From: Octopus bimaculoides
Lineage: Eukaryota
Direction: 5' to 3'
Length of the DNA stretch: 64,000 bases
Assembly (NCBI RefSeq): GCF_001194135.2
Contig: NC_068993.1
Location: 54,108,861 to 54,172,860 of the forward strand
The position numbers and the translations under genes are program-made. The first letter of the stretch is position 1. Every line of letters starts with the position of its first letter. The notes beneath the pieces are model-generated. The model was not told where the DNA came from and did no database searches. It saw nothing but the letters and a program-made list of their open reading frames with translations. This document shows, in pieces, positions 47,357-57,239 of the stretch.

Positions 47357-48464
47357 GTAAGTATTTCTTCATAAGCTACATTAATGCATTTGTCATGTTT
47401 ATTGTTGAGATTAAAATGGTTCAAAACTGAGTAACAGATAAATGAAAACCTACTAAAAATGACAATGAAACTCTTATATTTGATTGTAGTTTATTTCTTT
47501 TATTGCTTGACTTTCTGAATTAATAATAAAAAAAAATTTTTTTTTTAGTGAGATGATTGTGAATATTAGAAATGTGGAGGCAGTAGACTCTCAAGTTCCT
47601 CCCAATGTAATAACATCCATTATTGCAATGTAGGAGTAGGAAGCTCTCTTTCTCACATGTCCACCACCATACTTAGATCCAACTTAAATCCAGTATTGTG
47701 TATCACTGGTGTGCCTTTTAAATTCTCCCACTCAAATCAGATCTAATCCTTCACTCTCTCTCACCTGACTTGTTGGTTTGGATGATTCATTTATTGGACT
47801 CCTGCTCAACCATTTTTAGCTTGACTGGTTCTTCCCTGTATTTTTTTCGCTTGGTTGAGCACAGAAAGAAGAGCAGCACCCATGCTCTTTGTAGGGCCTC
47901 TGAGACATGTAGGAGAATAAGTAGTGGAGAAACAGTTCATCAAGGTATTAAGTTACTGCCTCCACCTTGATAACACATCACTATCATTCATGCTTGTCTC
48001 TCTAAAAAGTCTGGTGTGTGAGCAGAGATGTGGGGATTGTGAAGTCTCGTTGAGGCCATGGTTACATTGTCACAAAACCATACCTAGTGTACCCTGTAAA
48101 ATGGTTGATGTTATGAAAGGCATCCAACCATAAAAACCAAGCCAAAATGAAACCTGTGCAAGATAAGATTCCCTGACCCATCTAGATGGGGAGTAGCCCT
48201 CAAAAATGTCCTATCCATGCCAAACGTGGTTAATGAATGTGAAACAATGATAATAATAAATAGTTTTATACGATTAGTACAAAACAAAAGAAATACCAAA
48301 GTATTTATGCGGAAATATATTTCATGTTGTGCAATTCAATATAACTCGGAGAGTGATCTCCTGATAATATAATTCCCTCTTGGATGTTGGAGGGTAGGTG
48401 GTGGTGGGATTACATGCATAGCTGCATGGACTCACTTATTCTTGTTAAATTATTTTATTTAAAG

Positions 48465-48588
48465 CAAACCTGAATTAGCTCGTCTCCGGTTACAAGCAGG
48501 CTGTTGTATGTTAAAGTTGGCAGAAGAACCCTGCTTTGCAGAGCTTATTACCAGAGAACAGTTCCAGGCATTAGCATTGCTTATTAAT
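48465..48588 (+). CDS. PDS5: PDS5 coding exon 23
   Basis: KPELARLRLQAGCCMLKLAEEPCFAELITREQFQALALLIN|gtaagt. Confidence 0.95.
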
Positions 48589-48749
48589 GTAAGTTGTTTT
48601 TATTTTATGGTTTATTAAATGTCAGTTCTTGAAAATGTTCTGCAGCCCTTACATTTACAAATGTTAAGTGTTCTCATCTACCAAATCTCTTAATTCTTTT
48701 CTATATTTTGTATTAGTTTTGTTACATAGTATCCTTTTGTCTTTTTCAG

Positions 48750-48954
48750 GATAGCTGTTATCAAGTCCGTCTCCGGTTCGCTATGAAATTGAACAAAGGA
48801 CTGCTAAGTCTTCGCTTACCTCTTGAATATATGAGTATCTTCTCTTTGGCAGCTAATGATCCTGTCAAGGAACGACGAGCTCAGGTGAAGCAGTTCCTTT
48901 ATGCAAATATTAGCAAAAGGAGAGAATATCTCAAACAGCATGCAACAGCAGGCT
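48750..48954 (+). CDS. PDS5: PDS5 coding exon 24
   Basis: [68 protein letters not shown]|gtaagt. Confidence 0.96.
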
Positions 48955-50051
48955 GTAAGTTACATAACCAAGCTTTGCTTTTTGACTCTAAGCATTTCAC
49001 ATTAAAGTAAGAAATATAATTAGAAGGAAACCATTTGAAATTTGAGAAATTATTAGTTTATTATCATTGATGTAGTTTTAATTTGTTTAAGGAAAAAGCT
49101 TCACTAATTGCATTAAATAAATAGTACACTTACATTTTCAATTTCATAGCTAATTAATAATTTTTTTTTTTCTGCTTTCTGAAAATTTGATAATTTGTAT
49201 CAAATAACAATTTGCTGCTAAAGTGGAATTGGTAACTAATTCTCTACTTTAAAAATACTGGAAAAAGTAAAACATTTAATGGAATGAACATATTCATTGG
49301 AAATAAGAATTTAGAATTTTATCACAAAGTGTACACTACAGCTCCTTGCATATCTAAAATTTTCAAGTTTGCTTGTAATGTTGACTCTCTCTCTCTCTCC
49401 CCTCCTCTTAGAAAGCCACTACCTTATAGACGTATATAACATACATCACACGCTCCAATCTCTTGGTTCCCTAACTGTATTTTCTTACACTTTCATATAT
49501 TATTACTACTCAGATCATTTCTGTAGCCTTCACTTCTGATCAAAATTACTCCATATCCGTACCATACTGTAAGTCATCTTGAATATATTCTAAATGTGTT
49601 CTCTCCCTCACTGCTCATCACTCAATCAGACGAAACTCATCCATTGTAAGTTTAATTCACAAAAGCAGTCTGTCAAACACTAGCACAACTGACCATTTTG
49701 CTGGTCACTTCTCATTAGCCTCAATTGATCGGACTTATTCACTGTAAGCATTCCAGAAAATCATAAGGAGAAATGATAAAACGCTCAAACTAATATTTCT
49801 GGTTCTGTGAGTTTTTTCTCTGAAATATATATATTTAAAAAAATTCTATTCCTTTTCTTGGAAATTTATTCATTTATAAGATATTTGCTTTTGTAATAAG
49901 ATCCAAATTTTCAGAAGTATATTACATCCATAATATTATAGAAAAAGGAATGCTTAATAACATACACACACACATAAAAGCATCACGTACAGATATAGTA
50001 AAAAAAATAAAATAAACTCCATCTTATTTAGAATTTTTGTCTTTTTTCCAG

Positions 50052-50115
50052 CTAAAATCTTTTCCTTACTCCCAGATTATATGCTGCCCTATACAATTCA
50101 CTTGTTGGCTCATGA
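50052..50115 (+). CDS. PDS5: PDS5 coding exon 25 (3' part lost in N-gap)
   Basis: ttccag|SKIFSLLPDYMLPYTIHLLAHD, then N from 50116. Confidence 0.93.
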
Positions 50116-50394
50116 NNNNNNNNNNNNNNNNNNNNNNNNNNNNNNNNNNNNNNNNNNNNNNNNNNNNNNNNNNNNNNNNNNNNNNNNNNNNNNNNNNNNN
50201 NNNNNNNNNNNNNNNNNNNNNNNNNNNNNNNNNNNNNNNNNNNNNNNNNNNNNNNNNNNNNNNNNNNNNNNNNNNNNNNNNNNNNNNNNNNNNNNNNNNN
50301 NNNNNNNNNNNNNNNNNNNNNNNNNNNNNNNNNNNNNNAATCTTTAAATTCTAATCTTGAGTCTCTGAAAATGTATCATTGTTTATTTTTTTAG

Positions 50395-50527
50395 ATGTCT
50401 TTGGTTTGTGATGGATCCCTTGATGAGCCGGAGTGAAGACTATAACTATGCATTCTTCAGACGGATGATTGAAGATATTAAACAGACTAAAGATGCACAG
50501 GGCCCAGAGGATGAAGAAATGAATAAG
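50395..50527 (+). CDS. PDS5: PDS5 coding exon 26
   Basis: CLWFVMDPLMSRSEDYNYAFFRRMIEDIKQTKDAQGPEDEEMNK|gtatga. Confidence 0.95.
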
Positions 50528-50819
50528 GTATGATCACATTAGGACAGTTACAGACAGTTGCCTCTCTTATGTAGACTAATGGAAAACAAATATGCATGCT
50601 CTCTCCTAGTTCACATCAACATATGAGATCAGTAGCAAAAGTATGTTGTACAGGATTAATTATTGTGAATATATTATGTAATGTTATAGTTAAAATGCGA
50701 AACTGTCGTTATGAAGAAACTCCTCTTCAGGTGTGTGTATGTGTGTGTGAGAAGATAAGTTGAGAGATAATAAGTTACACCTATGAAGATAGAAGGTATT
50801 GCAACTTGAGTCAGATTGC

Positions 50820-51040
50820 CTCTTTAGCCCTCAAGCATGGCTGTATCTGGCCAAAATATTCTACCTGCTTTATGTTTAAATTGGCCAAATCTGGCCTCTC
50901 ACACCTGCTCTACAATGTCATTTAAAAAATAAACTACCACATCATCAAACACTTGAAGCTACTAGAGAATTCATGGTAAATTCAAAACAATGTGAATAAA
51001 TAAGCATTACATTTGACAGAATAATTTAAATGCTAAATAT
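50820..51040. mobile_element. MITE family 1, degenerate ends
   Basis: Internal sequence aatattctacctg...tctcacacc...acaatgtcatt shared with the other copies. Confidence 0.65.
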
Positions 51041-51894
51041 GTTTGTGTGTGTGTTCTTTGTTGAAATACTATTAAATCTACTTTCTCAGCATTGTGAATT
51101 ACTTAGCTTATGAGAGTTATGTTGTACAAAAAAATTGTTTGGTTGAAGTAAAAAAAAAATTTTTTAATTGTTTTTTATTTTTATTTTTTTATTTTCTAAG
51201 NNNNNNNNNNNNNNNNNNNNNNNNNNNNNNNNNNNNNNNNNNNNNNNNNNNNNNNNNNNNNNNNNNNNNNNNNNNNNNNNNNNNNNNNNNNNNNNNNNNN
51301 NNNNNNNNNNNNNNNNNNNNNNNNNNNNNNNNNNNNNNNNNNNNNNNNNNNNNNNNNNNNNNNNNNNNNNNNNNNNNNNNNNNNNNNNNNNNNNNNNNNN
51401 NNNNNNNNNNNNNNNNNNNNNNNNNNNNNNNNNNNNNNNNNNNNNNNNNNNNNNNNNNNNNNNNNNNNNNNNNNNNNNNNNNNNNNNNNNNNNNNNNNNN
51501 NNNNNNNNNNNNNNNNNNNNNNNNNNNNNNNNNNNNNNNNNNNNNNNNNNNNNNNNNNNACACACACACGGACAGAAGTGATGGAATCTTAAAAGTATGG
51601 TCGAGCAGTGACTTGTAGAAAAGATGGAGGCTGAATACAGCTTTATGTTGTGCAAGCACTCTTTCATATTTAATCTTTTGCTTGTTTCAGTTGTTAGACT
51701 GGCCATGCTGGGGCACTGCCATGAAGGGTTTTAGTCAAATAGATTAATCTCAATTATTTTTAAGCCTGGTACTTATTCTACGAATTTCTTTCATGAGACC
51801 ATAAATAAACCAACACTGGATATCAAGTGGTGATGGACACACACATAATGGGCTTTTGTACAGTTTCTGTCTACCAAATGCAGTCAAAATGCAT

Positions 51895-52195
51895 TGATGG
51901 TTTTCTACGGCTGGATGCCCTTCCTCATGCCAACCACTCTGAGAGTGTAATGAGTGCTTTTATGTGCCACTGGCACGACACCAGTATCTGCCACAACTGC
52001 GATTTTGCTCGGCTTGATGGGCCTTCTTTTCAAGCACGACATAATGTCAAAGGTCTTGGTCATTGCCTCCATGAGGCCCAACACTCGAAAGGAACTCAGC
52101 TACTTCACCTCTGTGGGGCCCAACACTTAAAAGGAACTCAACCACTTTGCCTCCGTGAGGTCCGATGCGTGAAAGGAACTCGGCCACTTTTCCTA
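51895..52195 (-). mobile_element. SINE family A variant with three ~42-bp tandem units
   Basis: cctccatgaggcccaacactcgaaaggaactcagctactt repeated three times, degenerate. Confidence 0.75.
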
Positions 52196-52317
52196 GAATG
52201 ATGTATAAGCAGTATATTATAAACCAAAATAACACCAGTAGAATTATGATTCTTTTTTATTTTGTTTTGTGTTTCATCTATTTGATTCTAAAGTCATCTT
52301 TTAAATCTTTCCTACAG

Positions 52318-52374
52318 AGTTATAGCAATACCAAGTTATACCTCCCAAAGGACTTCATCTTTGATACAGGAAAG
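52318..52374 (+). CDS. PDS5: PDS5 coding exon 28 (exon 27 presumed in gap 51201-51559)
   Basis: cctacag|SYSNTKLYLPKDFIFDTGK|gtaaga; matches the PDS5 F/YSNTKxYLP motif. Confidence 0.9.
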
Positions 52375-52505
52375 GTAAGATTAAAGATCCATAAATTATT
52401 TTTGCTGACAGTTATTCAGTTTTCAAATATTATTGCAATGTGGGAATATGCTTTTCATTTTTCTCTGACATGGTGTTTTAAGATTTTTTTTCCTATCTTT
52501 CTTAG

Positions 52506-52687
52506 AAAAAAGTTGCCCCAACAACTCTAATGAATACATCTGAGAAAGCTGTAACTGCTAAACCATCTGTGCCGTTCACCACAACAGAAATTATTGTGAC
52601 CTCCCCTAAACCTGTTGTAAATCCTAACCCTACATGCCCTCGAGAATCAAAGAAAAAGAAAGAAAAAGAAAATGAAGCAAAAGAAAG
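52506..52687 (+). CDS. PDS5: PDS5 coding exon 29 (start of disordered tail)
   Basis: cttag|KKVAPTTLMNTSEKAVTAKP...RESKKKKEKENEAKE|gtagat; open frame, phase 0 to phase 2. Confidence 0.82.
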
Positions 52688-54107
52688 GTAGATATTCTTT
52701 ATAAAAAAAAACACCTTATTTTCTTTACTAGCCACTGATAATAAATCTGTTTTACAGATTATAATAAATTATTATAAAACTATAATTGAAATCTCTACAT
52801 TCAATCTTTATTATCAATACTTAAAACTCTCTAAGCCCTGACCTCAATTACTGAATGATAATTATTTCAGTCAAATTAAACTCTTAATAGTAAAAAAAAA
52901 TCTTACAATAAATTTGCCATGTTGTATTGATTTAAAAAAAAAAAAAAAATGTATATATAACTTGGCACGTGCTACTAAAAAAAAAAAAACAAATTCTGTC
53001 TTACATTTAATTTCTGAATGATTTTTAAAAACATGATGGTATTGATTGTTCCATTTGTTTAAATAAATTTAATTTTCGTTATTGTATATCATCTATAGGA
53101 AAATTAAAACATTTTCATAGTATTTTTAATATCCTTAGAAAACTTTCAAATTTCTAAATGGTGTAAGCATGTGGGTGATTTTTCGCAATGAGCAAGGGAA
53201 AAATTAATTATATACTCTGAAATTGCATGCCAAAATTTAGTAATAATGATTCTTGATTAGTTAGTATCAGAAATTTCTATGACAGCTAGACTAATAAAAT
53301 AAAATTTTATNNNNNNNNNNNNNNNNNNNNNNNNNNNNNNNNNNNNNNNNNNNNNNNNNNNNNNNNNNNNNNNNNNNNNNNNNNNNNNNNNNNNNNNNNN
53401 NNNNNNNNNNNNNNNNNNNNNNNNNNNNNNNNNNNNNNNNNNNNNNNNNNNNNNNNNNNNNNNNNNNNNNNNNNNNNNNNNNNNNNNNNNNNNNNNNNNN
53501 NNNNNNNNNNNNNNNNNNNNNNNNNNNNNNNNNNNNNNNNNNNNNNNNNNNNNNNNNNNNNNNNNNNNNNNNNNNNNNNNNNNNNNNNNNNNNNNNNNNN
53601 NNNNNNNNNNNNNNNNNNNNNNNNNNNNNNNNNNNNNNNNNNNNNNNNNNNNNNNNNNNNNNNNNNNNNNNNNNNNNNNNNNNNNNNNNNNNNNNNNNNN
53701 NNNNNNNNTGGCACGTTATAACTGCCACCATGTACCACTGGTGGTACATTTGAGAAAATATTTTATTCTGTATCTTTGACAAGGTTTCAGGAATTTTTAG
53801 ATAATGTGAATGCTTAATATTAAAATTTAATTATGAAATATTGTAAAATTGCAAAAAACATTTAAAAATTACATTTCCTTGTAATTAAACCGTATGCAAT
53901 GTGACTAGAAATATGTGGCGCCATGGGTAAGCTCTAATAACAGGCTGTGGTGGTTAACATGTTGAGTATATATATGCATAATGTCACATCATGTTTTGTA
54001 AGCTGTTGTTCATTATCTTATTGTTCTTACTCTGTTGATTTTGGTGAGTTGTTGAATAGTTTGTTTCTTTTAATTCCAATAATGCGCTTTTCCTCTCTAC
54101 CATCCAG

Positions 54108-54569
54108 TACGTCTTCACAAAGTGACAAGAAAATGAAGAGTGAGGAATCAACTAGTGAGCAGAAGGCTCGAACTAGCCGAGCTGTGAGACAGACATCTGC
54201 TGCTGTCAAAAAAAAGGGTGCTTTGGTGAAAAAAGCTACACTTCAAGCTGGAAAGAAAAACAAAACCCCCATAAAATTAACAAAAGCTGTAGCCAAATCT
54301 AAAAAGGCGACAGGTATGCAGGCAAAAATAACAGACTTTCGTTCGCCCAAGCGACAAACTTCTAAAAATTCTCCTTTAAAAGTTTTATCACCTACAAAAC
54401 AAATTTTGAATGGCTCTACAAAAGGCACAACACGCCGAGCTGCACAAAACCGATCGTCCAGTGCACCAACAAATAACAAAGCTGAAAGTAGTACAAGAAA
54501 AAGAACTGCAGGGTCTCCTGATGAAAATATTCCGGCAAAGAAGCGAGCAGCAACTGAAAAAGAATCTCG
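54108..54569 (+). CDS. PDS5: PDS5 large basic C-terminal exon
   Basis: catccag|t (phase 2); K/S/T/A-rich open frame STSSQSDKKMKSEES...KRAATEKES. Weak donor cg|gtagga; read-through hits TAG at 54571-54573. Confidence 0.85.
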
Positions 54570-54654
54570 GTAGGACACTTTGTCACCATCATCATCTGTG
54601 TCATTATACGAAAGTATTTTTGAGATTGTTTTTAAGAATTATGCAATTATGTGC

Positions 54655-54825
54655 ACAGGCAGGGCTGTGTGGTTAAGAAGCTTATTTTGTAGCCATGGGG
54701 TTTGGGGTTCAGTCCCTTCGCACAGCACCTTGGGCAAGTATCTTGCAAGATATTGGTCACCCTGTGCTGACCAATGTCTTGTAAGTGAATTTGGCTGGCA
54801 GAAAACTTAAAGAAGCCTGTTTGTG
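54655..54825 (+). mobile_element. SINE family C, 5' half
   Basis: ggctgtgtggttaagaagc...ggttcagtccc...ccttgggcaagt. Confidence 0.75.
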
Positions 54826-54831
54826 TATATC

Positions 54832-55112
54832 ATCCATCCATCCATCCATTATTTTAAATTCAGGTTTTGTTCCCGTTAATGGGGGTGGCCAGATGTACCT
54901 CAATGCCATAGCAACCATCCTCACACCATCTCACCATTTTGCCCTGTTTTGACATCCTCCCTTCTCAAGCCAACCCTCCCAATCTCCTCCTCCACCTGTC
55001 CCCTCCACATTTTCCTTGGTCTACCTCGCTTTCGTTGTCCATTTACCTCAATTTCTAGCACCCTCTTCTGAACATGCTCCTCATCCTCCTCAACACGTGC
55101 CCATACCACAAG
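54832..55112 (-). mobile_element. 5'-truncated RTE LINE 3' end
   Basis: VLEIEVNGQRKRGRPRKMWRGQVEEE (RTE ORF C-terminus), short 3' UTR and (ATGG)n tail. Confidence 0.82.
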
Positions 55113-55629
55113 AGCGAATGGAGTGTGTGTGTGTGTCCCTTTGTGTTTAGGAAATTTATTATTGTGAAGATAAAAATCAAATAATAAAGATCTATAATGA
55201 TTTAAATATGACTTACAACTTCCATTTCAATTTGACAGTTGAACAATTAGCAGCTAAAAGGGAAACTTTCTGTAAAATATAATTGGTTTAGCTCCATGTA
55301 AATAGCACCTCTTTCAAGTTGGCATGAAAAATAGAATTAAAATAGTTTACATATGGTATAACTGGTATAACGGGTGCTCGGTTATATGGGAATGGTAAAA
55401 ACTCAGTGTATTTTGTTAATGTATTTGTACAAAAATATGGGTGTATTCAATTAGATGCTGACAGTGGAGGTCTGTTGAGTTTTCTAATATGTGCAGCGAC
55501 TGGAAGATTGTCATTCCACAAGTTCACTTGGTACTTCAATGAACTGCGGGGTCATTAGTGGAAAGATACATTGTGATAGTAATAACAGTAATAGTAGTAT
55601 GGTAAATTATATGGAATTTTCAAAATGGT

Positions 55630-55661
<32 letters not shown>

Positions 55662-55679
55662 TTTTGTTTACCGGTGTAG

Positions 55680-55797
55680 TAAAAAACCAAGTAGTAGTGT
55701 GAGTAATGGTAGTGAGAAGGAAGAAACTTCTGCTGAATCAACTTCATCCATCCAATCAGCAAGCAAAGAAAAGGAGGTGGAAGAAGCTGAAATTAAT
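55680..55797 (+). CDS. PDS5: PDS5 penultimate exon (acidic/Ser-rich)
   Basis: Long T tract, gtgtag|t KKPSSSVSNGSEKEETSAESTSSIQSASKEKEVEEAEIN|gtaagt; phase 2 matches the 54569 donor. Confidence 0.72.
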
Positions 55798-56576
55798 GTA
55801 AGTGATTGTTTGATTTATTATTACTCTTTTACTTGTTTCAGTCTTTTGACTGTGGTCATGCTGGAGCACCGCCTTTAAAGGTGCTCCAGCATGGAAACTT
55901 AACAGATTTTTTTTTTTCATTGGTTTGTTATGAAATTATGTTCTCATGTATGATATGTTGGCTTATATTATCTACATATTGGTGATAATTAATTTTTCAC
56001 CTAATTTTTTAATGAAGCTCATTAATTGTTCAAGCTTTTATTGTGTTCAAAAGGCACCATATAATTCTGTGTCTTGATACTAATTAATTAGCAATGTTGC
56101 TTTCACATCAGTTTGGCAGAATAGAACAACTGTTCAAAAAGGTACTATTTTTAGCTACGTTTCTGTTGTGCTTTCTTTTGGTTTTGGGATTTATCAGATT
56201 TTGACAGCATTTCAATAACTAGTTATTTGTTCTTTTCAATATTGGTTCTTTTATATTTTAAAGAGCTCTTTCAATTTTTTGTTTCTCTAAATGTTCCAGA
56301 CTAGCCACTAACTCGATATTTATATGCAGATGAAGTAATAAAATGATGAATTACTTGATAAAATTTCCATTCAACACTTATTACACATTATAAGCTTGAT
56401 TTTGAGACAGAAGAGAGAAACAGGCCTCTTGGTGGGACTTGAACCATATAATATCTTGTTGCGTCTTGAGCAACTCTTACCAATTACATATAGATTGCCT
56501 AGAATTGCAAATGTTCTGGAATGTGCTTATAATGTCTAATGTCATTAAAAATAGTTTTTAATATTAGACTCTATTA

Positions 56577-56795
56577 AGGTGACCAACTGGCAGAATCATT
56601 GGCCCACCAGGCAAAATGCTAAGCAGCATTTCGCCTGTCTTTATGTTCTGAGTTCAAATCCCACTGCGGTCACTTTTGCCTTTCATCCCTTTAGGAGTAA
56701 TAAAATAAGGACCCGTTGAGCACTGAGGTTGATGTAATCGACTGTCCCCATTCCCCAAGATTTCAAGTCTTGTGTCCAGAGTAGAAAGGAATATT
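56577..56795 (+). mobile_element. SINE family B
   Basis: Same consensus. Confidence 0.8.
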
Positions 56796-57146
56796 AGACT
56801 TTATTACTATCTTCACTGCAACACATGCATGGGAAAGTTGTTAAGAGAAAAACAAAAATCGAGAAACTGTGTGATGGTTGTTCATAGTATTATCTCAAGC
56901 AGTGTTTATTTGGGTGTCAGCCTATCTATGAAATAATGGTTTACGCTTTTGATGCAATGATTTGTGTTGTGTCTGAGCTGTATAAATTTCCTTCCAATCT
57001 TCAGCTATGAAGAACAAAAACTTTTTTATGATTGCATTAAGAAGTATCTAGCTACAAGAAATTATTTCCTACAATATCATGGTATCAACCAGACTAACGG
57101 ATGTTGTTATACATCGCTGGTCACAATGCATTTTGCATTTTTTTAG

Positions 57147-57239
57147 CTTTCCAATGATGCCACCCTATTGGCAGGGCGAGCAGGCCAACAAGATATTAAT
57201 AAATATATGGATTTTCAAAATACTGACTTGTTACATTAG
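57147..57239 (+). CDS. PDS5: Candidate PDS5 terminal coding exon
   Basis: ttttgcatttttttag|LSNDATLLAGRAGQQDINKYMDFQNTDLLH*; phase 0 fits, and UTR-like AT-rich sequence follows. No homology support. Confidence 0.5.
   Translation, partial: LSNDATLLAGRAGQQDINKYMDFQNTDLLH

Larger units (their letters stand above)
31206..57239 (+). other. PDS5: PDS5 gene span (ATG to probable stop), sister chromatid cohesion protein, HEAT-repeat cohesin regulator
   Basis: About 32 GT-AG exons with continuous phase. Includes the APEAP motif, FLGRFND, ERTLDK, LLPDYMLPYTIHLLAH and IKQTKDAQGP. Estimated about 1400 aa, assuming typical sizes for the two gap-affected exons. Confidence 0.95.

Noticed and set aside
29606-53782. 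ORFs made mostly of X
   Set aside because: Artefacts of N-gaps; only the true exon fragments abutting gaps were kept.
54921-55109. KRGRPRK AT-hook-like motif inside the PDS5 locus
   Set aside because: It is on the minus strand and belongs to the RTE LINE C-terminus, not PDS5.
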